From Batkoa obscura (Eukaryota), in NCBI GenBank assembly GCA_030770535.1, contig JASVEC010000016.1, forward strand, positions 310,001 through 374,000: a stretch of 64,000 bases of DNA, in the 5' to 3' direction. Below the pieces are notes generated by a model that saw only the letters and a program-made list of their open reading frames with translations, made no database searches and had not been told where the DNA came from. Positions within the stretch are counted from its first letter, which is position 1, and each line of letters opens with the position of its first letter. This document shows, in pieces, positions 12,724-23,049 of this stretch. Position numbers and translations under genes: made by a program.

Positions 12724-14427
12724 ATGCAAACTTTCATAACTAAACTTCGAAATGGAATTTTTGAAAACTTCAATACAATAGGGAGGAGTACACAATATAA
12801 ACATTGTAATTCATTTACATCAATTTTAAGAGCTACTTATAACAACCCAAGGTTTATGGAATTTTATAATAAAACAAAACAAAGAAAAGATATATTATCA
12901 AAGTTTACTATCGATAATAATAAACTTAATCAAGTAATGTATAAAATTAGTGCTTTAAGGGAAACAGGAAACAAAAGTCAGCAAGTAGCGTTATTATCAA
13001 CTATAGCTTCAGTATATTCTTTTGATGAATGTAAGAGTTTTGGGTTTAATATAAATAGAAATCAATATGATTATTCAAAAACAAGTAATAATAATAAAAT
13101 ATCAACATTAAAACCTATTATTAAAAATACAAAAAAAATTAAAGATGACCAAATTGAAACTATCATACAATATTTACTAAATGATTCAACTATTTCATCA
13201 AGATTTAATAAAAAAAATAACGATAGTAAATATTCATCAGATAATATATATATATTAAATAAAAGTAGAAGAATGATATATAGTAAATATTTGAATGATC
13301 TAAGAGATAAAGCAGTAGCTAGGTCAACGTTCTTTAAATATATACCAAGTAATTTCAAAAATCCAGCAAGAAAAACGGATCTATGTAATATATGTACCCA
13401 GTATACAGTTAGAAAAAAGTTATTTGAAAATAAAATAAATACAGCAAAAAACAAAGCAGAGATACAAGAAATTTTCAACGAAGAAGAAAAATTATACAAA
13501 TTACATAAATTCTGCGTTGATACTCAAAAAAACACATTTAATGAAACTATCAAAAAATTAAATAACAAAAGTTGTATAATAGTTTTAGATTTTAAACAAA
13601 ATATGGAAATAGGAACAAGACCAGATTCAATAAATCTAGATCATTATAATAAACAAGCTATATCAGTATTAGGTTTTGGTGTATTATATTTAAAAGATGA
13701 TAAAACGATAGGCAAAGTTTACTTTGATTATTTATCTGAAATATTGAATCATGATTCAGCATATGCAGGAGATTGTTTAATCGATTTAATCTCTACAGAG
13801 CTTCTATTTAAAAAGTTTACAAAAATTAATATATGGGCAGATACAGGAAATCATTTTAGATCCCAAGAGTTTCTACACTATATGTTTAAAGAAATTCATA
13901 AAATAAATAGTAGTTTGAACGTCAATCTTAATTTTTTTGCTGAGCATCATGGAAAAAGTATAGTTGATGGACATTTTGGAAACCTTTCAAAATGGAAAAG
14001 TAGTTTTGAAGCGTTAGGTAAAATAGAAGATATCGATCAATTAATTTCAAGATTTGAGGCTTTTATTTGTGAGCATAATAAAATTAATAACTCGACTGTT
14101 AATAATGGGAAAACAGATATAATTTTTAAAAAGTATAAAAGAAACAAAAATACAAAAAGAATAATAGAGATGCAGGGCATTAAGAAGTATTTACACTTTA
14201 TTAAACACAACAATAAACTACATTGTTATCCAGTATCTGATACATCAAAAAAAAGCGATATAGTCCCAATTAAAGTTATAGAGTCTATAGAAAACAGAAA
14301 AATTAAAAGATCGATCCCAGCTTACCTTACGAAGATAACAGAGAATTTAAAAATTTCGATATTTACTAAGCAAGTAAGTAGTTTGTTGAATGATAGAAAT
14401 AGATTGTTAAATGTTAGGATTACTTAA
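12724..14427 (+). CDS. Intact 567-aa DDD-type transposase
   Basis: Single ORF between TIRs. CxxC (TDLCNIC) precedes RNase-H-like acidic motifs IIVLDFKQN, WADTGNHFRSQ and FFAEHHGKSIVDGHFG. Confidence 0.88.
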   Translation: MQTFITKLRNGIFENFNTIGRSTQYKHCNSFTSILRATYNNPRFMEFYNKTKQRKDILSKFTIDNNKLNQVMYKISALRETGNKSQQVALLSTIASVYSFDECKSFGFNINRNQYDYSKTSNNNKISTLKPIIKNTKKIKDDQIETIIQYLLNDSTISSRFNKKNNDSKYSSDNIYILNKSRRMIYSKYLNDLRDKAVARSTFFKYIPSNFKNPARKTDLCNICTQYTVRKKLFENKINTAKNKAEIQEIFNEEEKLYKLHKFCVDTQKNTFNETIKKLNNKSCIIVLDFKQNMEIGTRPDSINLDHYNKQAISVLGFGVLYLKDDKTIGKVYFDYLSEILNHDSAYAGDCLIDLISTELLFKKFTKINIWADTGNHFRSQEFLHYMFKEIHKINSSLNVNLNFFAEHHGKSIVDGHFGNLSKWKSSFEALGKIEDIDQLISRFEAFICEHNKINNSTVNNGKTDIIFKKYKRNKNTKRIIEMQGIKKYLHFIKHNNKLHCYPVSDTSKKSDIVPIKVIESIENRKIKRSIPAYLTKITENLKISIFTKQVSSLLNDRNRLLNVRIT

Positions 14428-14588
14428 GTTATTAATAGCTAAGTTAATAAATAGTCAAAGAACAAGTAACTGTAATAATATGTAAAAACTATTATTACTT
14501 ATACTATATAGGGATGGTTAATTATAGTTTTGGGGCTAACCACTCCCTCCCATGCAGCTATTTATTAACTTGGCAGTATATTAATAAT
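14428..14588 (+). ncRNA. Putative structured RNA element in the transposon 3' region (copy A)
   Basis: 10-bp + 18-bp enclosing stem whose only non-Watson-Crick pairs are G-U on the + strand, enclosing two hairpins. See findings. Confidence 0.45.
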
Positions 14589-15415
14589 GTAATTATAACA
14601 TTAAAATAGTTTATTTATTTGATAATAAATCTACAATGTTGGTTATAAAGCAGTTGATAATAAATATTTCTCAATTAAGCTTTATAAGAACATGTATTTA
14701 AGATCTAGTAGAAATTCAACTAACTTACAGTATGAGCTATAATATAATGGTTTAGAACTGTGTTTGGGTACTTTTGTTTTAATAAAAGATGTGATTTTAT
14801 AGAATTTTAAGCGAAGTTTTTAAAATACAAAATTTTTCAAAAATTGGATAAAATAATGAAACTAATTCAGACAACCCCATATACTTAAACAACAAAGTGT
14901 TTGTAACTTTTTGTATTAGATAAAGGCTTAAGTAAAGGATGTATATTAAAAAATACAAAGAAGTAAATGACTAAATATATTTGTTTTTAAAGGAACTAAA
15001 ATTGTACTTTTATATAATTAGTTCAAATTAATTTAATATTTGGGATAAGTTGATTAAATATTATTAAATCGGAATTTGGCAAAAATAATAAATTTTTAGT
15101 TAAGTCTAAAAGTTATAAAGTTTATTTACCAAACTATAAAATACTATAATCACAAACATCTTTAGCTCAATGTATTATTAAAATATTATATAGCATAAAA
15201 AATAGAATACCTTGAACCTATAATTTTAAGAATATATTTATTAAAGTAGAATAGTGTTGGGTATTATAAGAAAATAATTTATCAAAAACCGGGTATCTAT
15301 AATATTGCATCATTTAAAATAAACAATTAATGATAGTATAAATAACAAAGTAAAAAATATACCATGTATTAAATAATTAGTTCAATACTACCGTACAACA
15401 ATCACTATAAAAGCA

Positions 15416-16066
15416 ATGCGTTATTCAAGTCTCTTACTTTTTACCCTTTCTATCGTCAATGCTCAAGACATTGCTCGTCAATTGGTAGATGCATTAAACG
15501 AAGAACGTGAAATGATGGGTCTAAGTAGAATTCCCTTTTCGCCCAAGCTAACTAAAGTAGCACAATCTCATTGTGAAAATATGGCACAATATGCACCTGG
15601 AACTAGTGATATTCATTCATGGTTTGGACCATTAGCCTGTGATTTTAACAATAATCCAGATTGTATGTGGTCTAAAGCCAAATCGGTTGGTGGATATAAT
15701 GGAAAAGGATACGAAATTTCATTAAAAGGAAATGTAGGTGGTGGTGCTAAAGGGATGATTCAAGGATGGTTAGGTAGTGAGGCTCATCGTGCAGTTATTT
15801 TAAGTACTGGTATATGGCAAAGTATGAAATGGTCTGCCGTTGGTGGTGGTCAAAAAGGGGATTTTGCTACTATGTGGTTTGGTAGTGAGGCTGATGAAGG
15901 TGGAGATAATAATCCTCAACAACCTCAAAGTCAATCTCAACCAGAACAAACACCTCAAGGACAACCTCAGGGACAGTCCCAACCTGAGCAAATTCCACCA
16001 CAGCAACTTCAAGGTAAATTCAAAGTTAAGAAAATGAGTAAGTGTCAATTCAAAAGAACAAACTAA
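15416..16066 (+). CDS. Secreted CAP/SCP-domain protein, copy 1, short Q/P tail
   Basis: Signal peptide MRYSSLLLFTLSIVNA; LNEER..L..AQSH, GYEI, GWLGSEAHRAVIL. A possible terminal intron after 16013 could change the last residues. Confidence 0.85.
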   Translation: MRYSSLLLFTLSIVNAQDIARQLVDALNEEREMMGLSRIPFSPKLTKVAQSHCENMAQYAPGTSDIHSWFGPLACDFNNNPDCMWSKAKSVGGYNGKGYEISLKGNVGGGAKGMIQGWLGSEAHRAVILSTGIWQSMKWSAVGGGQKGDFATMWFGSEADEGGDNNPQQPQSQSQPEQTPQGQPQGQSQPEQIPPQQLQGKFKVKKMSKCQFKRTN

Positions 16067-16223
16067 AGTTGATCTGAAAAAAACCAAATTCGAACTGAAG
16101 AAATAATCAATTAGATAGTACTTTAAAAAGACCTCTTATTATTTTAATAAAAAAATTGTACTTCAAGTTTTAAACTATTTTTATAATAATAATTATCTGT
16201 TAAAAAATAAGTTCTGATAAGAG

Positions 16224-16296
16224 GCTCCGTTAGCTCAGTTGGCAGAGCGTGGTGCTAATAACGCTAAGGTCATAGGTTCAAGCCCTATACGGAGCA
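16224..16296 (+). tRNA. tRNA-Ile(AAT)
   Basis: Cloverleaf: acceptor GCTCCGT/ACGGAGC, anticodon loop CT-AAT-AA, T loop TTCAAGC. Confidence 0.95.
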
Positions 16297-17143
16297 TATC
16301 TTTTTCTCTTAAAAAAGACTTGACATTATTTTCACATTTGTTTGTCAGCAATTTATCATTTTAATTACATATAATTGAAATATAAATATCACATACTTTC
16401 AACGAGGTTAGGGTTAGTGTTTGTAGTCGGCTAAATCTAATCAGCAATTTGTTTGATAAAAATCTATACAAAAAAACTACTTCCTACATACCCAATCAGT
16501 ATCCCCTACCATTTTATATTGTATTGTAAGTAACTATTTTTTATTTGGAATAAAACTATTTAGAATAGTAAATTTTTCTGTAATGAAAAGAAAACTACCC
16601 AGCCAGTCAGGACCCCTTTACCAATAAATTTTTTAGATTAAAGGTAGATACAACATGCTTTGAAAACTATAAAATACGAAATTTAATAGCAAAAGATCAA
16701 GGCTTAGCTATAAAGTCAAAATAAGATTATCGAATATCATTTGTTGATAAACTTAATCCTTTTACTATCAGTTTTATTTATATTTGCTAAAACAAACATT
16801 TAGATGATTGGTTTGGCTTTGAAATTTAAAGTACAAATCCCTAAAAGCAGAATTTTGTTTAAAATAACAATATTTTTTAAAAAGACAAAATAAGAACATA
16901 AACTAATTTTATTCACACTAAGCAGTAAAACGCAATAGATTAGGTTAGTTGGTGAATTTATGGGCATAAAGAATAACTGAAGAATAAATTAATGAGAGGT
17001 GTTAGATTAATTTGGAGTAAATTAGTTGGGGGGTATCAAGTGTTATTTATATAAGTTGAATAGTATAAATAGCAAAAGTATAAGCTTCTAAACGATTATC
17101 ATAAGATCATTTAAAATTGCTGTGCAATAAAGAAATAAAAGCA

Positions 17144-18157
17144 ATGCGTTATTCAAGTCTCTTACTTTTTACCCTTTCTATCGTCAATGCTCAAGACATT
17201 GCTCGTCAATTGGTAGATGCTATGAACGAAGAACGTGTGAAGGCAGGTTTAAGTAAAATTGCCTATTCATCAAAATTGACTAAAGTAGCACAATCTCATT
17301 GTGAAAATATGGCACAATATGCACCTGGAACTAGTGATATTCATTCATGGTTTGGACCATTAGCCTGTGATTTTAACAATAATCCAGATTGTATGTGGTC
17401 TAAAGCCAAATCGGTTGGTGGATATAATGGAAAAGGATACGAAATTTCATTAAAAGGAAATGTAGGTGGTGGTGCTAAAGGGATGATTCAAGGATGGTTA
17501 GGTAGTGAGGCTCATCGTGCAGTTATTTTAAGTACTGGTATATGGCAAAGTATGAAATGGTCTGCCGTTGGTGGTGGTCAAAAAGGGGATTTTGCTACTA
17601 TGTGGTTTGGTAGTGAGGCTGATGAAGGTGGAGATAATAATCCTCAACAACCTCAAAGTCAATCTCAACCAGAACAAACACCTCAAGGACAACCTCAGGG
17701 ACAGTCCCAACCTGAGCAAATTCCACCACAGCAGTCTCAAGGACAATCTCAACCACAACAAGTCCCACCACAGCAGCCTCAAGGACAACTTCAACCGGAA
17801 AAAATTCCTCATGGACAGCCTCAACCCGAGCAAATTCCTCAGCAGCAACCCCAAGGACAATCCAGACCTAGTCCTATTACTCCACCAGGAAATGATTTTG
17901 GATCTTTTAAACCGATATTTGATTCAATTTCAAATAATATGGGCAGACCATCGGTGCCAAATTTTAGACCAAATAGTCCAAATTTTGGTCAAAGTGGTCA
18001 ACGGAATATTCCAGATATGAATCAGTTTTTCAACAGTCCCTCTTTTAATAAGTTTCAACAAGGTGGTACCAATATACCTAATCAAATTAGCCCTTCTTTT
18101 AATGGTAACGGCCAAGGTTTTAATAACCTTCAACAAAGTTCTTTCTTTAGCCCCTAA
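17144..18157 (+). CDS. Secreted CAP/SCP-domain protein, copy 2, long Q/P-repeat and N/F/S-rich tail
   Basis: Near-identical to 15416-16005. ATG at 17144 taken by homology with copy 1. Repeats of QPQGQSQPEQIP. Confidence 0.87.
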   Translation: MRYSSLLLFTLSIVNAQDIARQLVDAMNEERVKAGLSKIAYSSKLTKVAQSHCENMAQYAPGTSDIHSWFGPLACDFNNNPDCMWSKAKSVGGYNGKGYEISLKGNVGGGAKGMIQGWLGSEAHRAVILSTGIWQSMKWSAVGGGQKGDFATMWFGSEADEGGDNNPQQPQSQSQPEQTPQGQPQGQSQPEQIPPQQSQGQSQPQQVPPQQPQGQLQPEKIPHGQPQPEQIPQQQPQGQSRPSPITPPGNDFGSFKPIFDSISNNMGRPSVPNFRPNSPNFGQSGQRNIPDMNQFFNSPSFNKFQQGGTNIPNQISPSFNGNGQGFNNLQQSSFFSP

Positions 18158-18727
18158 ATGGGGACCATCTTAAAGTATAAATAAAATTGCTTATTAATAT
18201 TTTAACACTACATATTTTCAACAATTAACGTATTAGTCTTATCAACTTGACAGTATAAATTTTATTTTTGTATTATAATATAGTTTTGGTACTTATTAAA
18301 CTATTTCTAATATTTTAAGTTATTGATCAAATCCGTTTTTAATTAATTAGCATAGTAAATAGTAATGATATTATTTATCATTTTATAGATATTATTCTCT
18401 TTATACAGTAAATAAAGTTTAAAGTTTTAAACTAAATTTTTACTAAAAGCTGAATTTCAACGGTAATTTAAATTTAAGGACAATTATCAAAAAGGCCAAC
18501 TCAATCGTTGATCAAAGAGAAACTAAAATTTTTAAAAAAAGAGTGTCAAACAACTCAAGTAACTAATTTTACGCTTTAAAATTGAAATTACTATTGAACA
18601 GTAAACTCGGAAATTAATTAAATCTCAAAATCTGGGATCATTCTTTTAATTCATTAATATTTTATATTTTTTACTTTCTATCTCTTTTTCATTTGCTTTC
18701 TTTTCCTATTCCACTTTCTTTTATTAA

Positions 18728-19561
18728 ATGGAGATTGATAAACCAGTTATCATTTCGTTTATAATTGGTATCCTAATTTACTTCCTAACTGGTGTTTCTT
18801 TACTTGGTTTAGCCATTTATTATTTGACTATTAATGACTATATTCATCCATTAATTGTCACCAAAGATATTTCAGCAGGTAAGCTATTTATTATTATTTA
18901 CTATATTATATATTATAACTTTTCCATTATCATATACATTTAGTTATATTGTTATCATACTATTCCTACACCATATTAATTACATAGCTTTTTACTTATT
19001 TATTTTTTATAGCTCTTCTTGTCCTTGGCCTATTTATATTACTTACTTCACTATTTGGCGTAGTTGGAGCATGGCGACCAATTAAATATAAAAATCTGGT
19101 AACTCTGTTAGGCTGGAGCCTACTGATAGCCATTATATATGAGTTAGTACTTGGGCTATGTATATGGATGTTGACTATGACACCACAAGCGCATTTTACG
19201 AACAAATGGCGCCAATGGAGTGTTGAAGAAAGAGCTATTGTACAATACAAAGTATGCTTTATTACTATAATCAAAATTAATTATATCAAATACTAATGTT
19301 TTTTAGGGTAAATGCTGTGGATTAAGTAATTCAACAGATAATATAGTGCCAATGAAACAATGTCATACAAATAATGGGTCTTCAGGGTGCCTCATATATT
19401 TAACTAAGTTATCAAGTTCAATTTATGTAGATATTTATACCACATTGTTTGTATTTATACTGTTAAATTTTTTTGTTTTATTAAGCTCAGCTATTCTTTC
19501 TCAAGTTCGAAGTGATGTTGAGCGGTATGAAAAAGCTATGGAAAAATCAAATGGAAAATAG
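18728..19561 (+). CDS. Tetraspanin, Pls1-like (exons 18728-18878, 19013-19251, 19307-19561)
   Basis: Four hydrophobic segments, large loop with QYKGKCCG and a later GC; in-phase splice sites. Confidence 0.85.
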
Positions 19562-19834
19562 GTGCAAATGAATCTTCTTTTGTTTTTATAACAGTCATTA
19601 CAATTGATTTTTTATGCCCAAAAATACTTACAATTTGGTTTTGTTTTTAGTTCTTCCACCCCTCACTTATCTATTTTATTTTTATACTAAACAACCTAAC
19701 TTATAATATTATCAATAAAAATAAAACTTAATTAAACCAATGGTTATCAAATATTAGTAAAATTAAAACAGTTATAAAAAACAATAAATAATAATAAACA
19801 GTATAATGATTAAAATGCCTACAGTTAAATTAAT

Positions 19835-22236
19835 CTATTTCATAATTAAAAAATCAATAGAAGGTGGATGGATAGGGATTTTTCCTTTTTCAAATTCTTC
19901 ACATTGGAAAGCTTCAACTTCCCAATCATATAATGCTTCTCTACGTGTATAACTTGAAGGAGAGGCAAGAAGTGATGGGTTTAAATATTCTCTATTTTTT
20001 AGTAATGGGGGTAACTTTTTATAGTCTGGATTTTTACTCGGGGTTGCTTCAAATGGTATTGGTGTTGAAATACTTTCTGCTGTTTCTGGCTCTGAACTTG
20101 ATGTATAATTTTGATTAAAGATTAAATCATCTAATTGTTTGGTAATATCTTCTAAAGACATATTCGCCAGTTCCTTTTCATAATTATAAAACGAATCGAA
20201 TTCTTTAATAAGTTGTCTTTCTTTGGCACCGAGTGTTGCTTTTGGTATCTTTAATGATTGACTTTCTTTACCAAATATATCTTCACTTATTGCATTGTTC
20301 CCTTTAGAAAATATATTTTTACCTGAGAATAAGTCAGTTTTAGTTTGAAATTCCTTAGGAAGCGATGGAGTTTTATCATTTTTGAATAAATCTTCACTTT
20401 TATTACCCAACGGTTGAGCCTTATTAATAGCTGCTTTACCATGTTGTCTGCTTTTACCAGATGAAGACACTTTAGTTGAAGCAGGACCGAAGGAGCTAAA
20501 ATTCAACGGCACAGCTGCACTATTTGAATTTTCTTTAGTTTCTTTATTACTTGTATCAGGTGTAGAGGCTTTAGGCAAGGTAGCATTGAGTGATCCAAAG
20601 CTAAATGGTTTAGCTTCAATACTTGAACTTTCTTTATTTTGGTTGTTTTCTTTGACTTCTTGCTTAGCTGTTTCAGATGTAGGCACTTTAGGCAAAGCAG
20701 TACCAAATGACCCAAAACTGAATGGTTTAGTATCATTTTTATTTTCTACATTTTGATCTTGATCGATTTTTGTGCTTTCAGTTGCAAGTGGAGTAGGTTT
20801 GTTATCAGTTTGGGGTACAACCTTACTTTCTTCTTTTTTAGCCATATCAAAACCGGGAGTTACTTGCTGGTCAAATCCACTGCTACTGTTGATTTGTTTG
20901 GGCGTACCGTTAGCAGTGGGCTTAATCTGGTTGTTCATAGTAAAACCAAAGCTCTGTGGTACTTCGCTAGAACTAACTGATGATGGATTCAAAAATGAAA
21001 AACTAGAGGAACCATTGCTATTAGAGTTACTATTAGCTGTTGGCTTGCTGGGAGTAAGGAAACTAAACTCTTCAACAGGTGGTTTAGCTTGATTCAATGC
21101 ATTATTTCCAAGAGAATTAAATTGATTTACTCCAGTATTTGGAGTAGAATTAAATTGATTCAATGCAGCATTGCCAGAAGAGTTAAACTGGTTCAATGTA
21201 GTATTTGCAGGGGAGTTGAATTGATTTGCTGTGGTGTTTGGATTCTGAACAGCTAATTGGTCCAACCCAACTCGTTGAGGTTGACCAAAACCAAAAGACT
21301 GAACTGGATTTGAGCCAGGGAAACCCCCCATAGGTTGGGAAGGATTTGAAAAAGAATTGAAACCTGCATTTTGGCCTCCATTTTGAGCTGGTAATGCATA
21401 AGCTGGTACAGCATCTTTAGAAGCGGGTGCGAAGGAAGCAAAGGTTAGCATTTCTTCATTCGCAAACTTTGATCCACTCCCGAATAATTTATCTGTTTTT
21501 ATTGGAGCTGCTCTGGGATCCATTTCTCTTTTTTGTAAAGGATCTGAAATCGAATTAAAAAATTGCCCCTGTTGTTGCGCTATTGTAGCACCAAAGTTTG
21601 GTTTCAAATTCTTTAGCATTTCTTTGGCTTTTTGCTTTTCATTGGGAGCAATATCATATAAATTTTGAGCGATAGCTTCGTGCTGTATTTTTTCATTGTG
21701 TAACTTTTGAATAATAAAATTTGGGTCCATATTTTGGGCATTATTAACTAATTGAAAAGCTCCACTCATTAGTGAATTATAACCTCGATTCTAAATAAAA
21801 TATTAATACTAATCAAAAAATAAGCTGAAATAAATTTACAAATTCATCGATTTTCCCAGTAGTATAGAATTCTTCCAAACATAACATTTTCAACTTCTCT
21901 GGGCTAAAATCGTTCCCAACAACAACATTTTGTTGTTCCATCACAGGCCCATAACTAGTCAATCCATAACCAAGAAAATTTGCAAAGTCATCTTTTATTG
22001 ATTGAACACTAAATATTAAGACAAAAGTTTAAAGCATTGGATAATTATGGATTACCTTAAAGCTTCCCAAGTAGCTGGTTTTGGCGGCGGTCCGTTTGTT
22101 TGAGTTAAAGCTATAAAATTTCAATCATTTGTTATAAAATAAACTATTAATACACACCATGAGAAAAAGGACATGAGTTTCCTTTATGACATTTCCCTTG
22201 AGGAAAATATCTGCATAGTTGTTGATTTCCTGACAT
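19835..22236 (-). CDS. NUP42: Nucleoporin NUP42/NUPL2/Amo1-like (CCCH finger, FG-rich, multi-exon 5' end)
   Basis: Exon 1 MSGNQQLCRYFPQGKCHKGNSCPFSH (CCCH); WLTSYGP..DFSPE; FSFG repeats; C-terminal AFQCEEFEKGKIPIHPP resembling the Gle1-binding motif. Confidence 0.78.
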
Positions 22237-22562
22237 TTTATTAAAAAAAGCTGAATTATTTTTTTTAGCTTCTCTGACTAAATAGTTGGATTATTGGTCA
22301 AATTGTGACCAAGATGATAAATATTTGGAAGTCCAATTAATTGTAGAACAAAAGTAGAATATAAAAATAAATATCTTTTAATCACAAAACTAAAATATTA
22401 ATCATAAAATAGATTTTAGCTACTTTGAATAGTATTTTACTTTGAATAGTATTTTACATATGAAGCATAACAGCTATAAATTTTAAATTTAGCATTTTTA
22501 TAGCTATCTAGTATATAAAAATTAATTTTAAATTAATTAAAATTTCTAATTGTCAAGAGCTT

Positions 22563-22645
22563 CTCACCTTAGCTCAGTTGGAAGAGCGATGGACTGTAAA
22601 TGAATAGCAATCCATCGGTCCCTGGTTCGATCCCGGGAGGTGAGA
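22563..22645 (+). tRNA. tRNA-Tyr(GTA) with 10-nt intron (22600-22609)
   Basis: Acceptor CTCACCT/AGGTGAG, anticodon stem ATGGA/TCCAT, intron at the canonical 37/38 position. Confidence 0.93.
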
Positions 22646-23049
22646 TCCTTTTTATTACTTCACATCGTTTAAATAAACATAAATATTCGTTAAGTACAAA
22701 GGTTTTTTTAATATTTATGCTAATTTTTAAAATTAATATTGTATTAGGTTTATTTGAAGTGTTCCAGTACAAATTTATCCATATTAAAAACTCGTCAACC
22801 ATTAGTTATAGCACTATTAAAGAATTTACACTAAAACATTCTCGTTTTTGCTGTTAAGAAAGATTCACTGCTACGAACAAAAATTGATGGTTTTTTATGT
22901 ACATGAACTTGTACTGGAACACTTCGAACGACCTGGTATAAAGCATGTCCAAAGTAACGACAAGACTTAACAAATAATAATAAGTATAAACTGTAAATAA
23001 AAAATTCAACCAAAACTAATAGTTTATACAAAAAATAACGGAAGCATTA

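Larger units (their letters stand above)
12440..14878 (+). mobile_element. Autonomous cut-and-paste DNA transposon, Sola-like (probably Sola2), copy A, 2439 bp
   Basis: Imperfect 22-bp TIRs (left GGGGCTGTCCTAATTGGTTTCA; right reverse complement GGGGTTGTCTGAATTAGTTTCA). ATAT on both sides (12436-12439, 14879-14882). A near-identical copy at 29109-31556 fixes the boundaries. Confidence 0.9.

Noticed and set aside
13071..13499. Antisense 142-aa ORF present in both transposon copies (also 29750-30178)
   Set aside because: F/L/I-rich shadow of Lys/Asn codons; persistence is explained by the near identity of the copies.
12724..14427. Fanzor/TnpB-type RNA-guided nuclease
   Set aside because: No RuvC-I (D.G), RuvC-II Glu, C-terminal Zn finger or RD.NA motif seen; the motifs fit a DDD transposase and there is no second ORF.
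22569..22857. Short ORFs overlapping tRNA-Tyr (likewise 25895-26338 and 25932-26138 over tRNA-Met)
   Set aside because: Chance frames across tRNA genes and AT-rich DNA.
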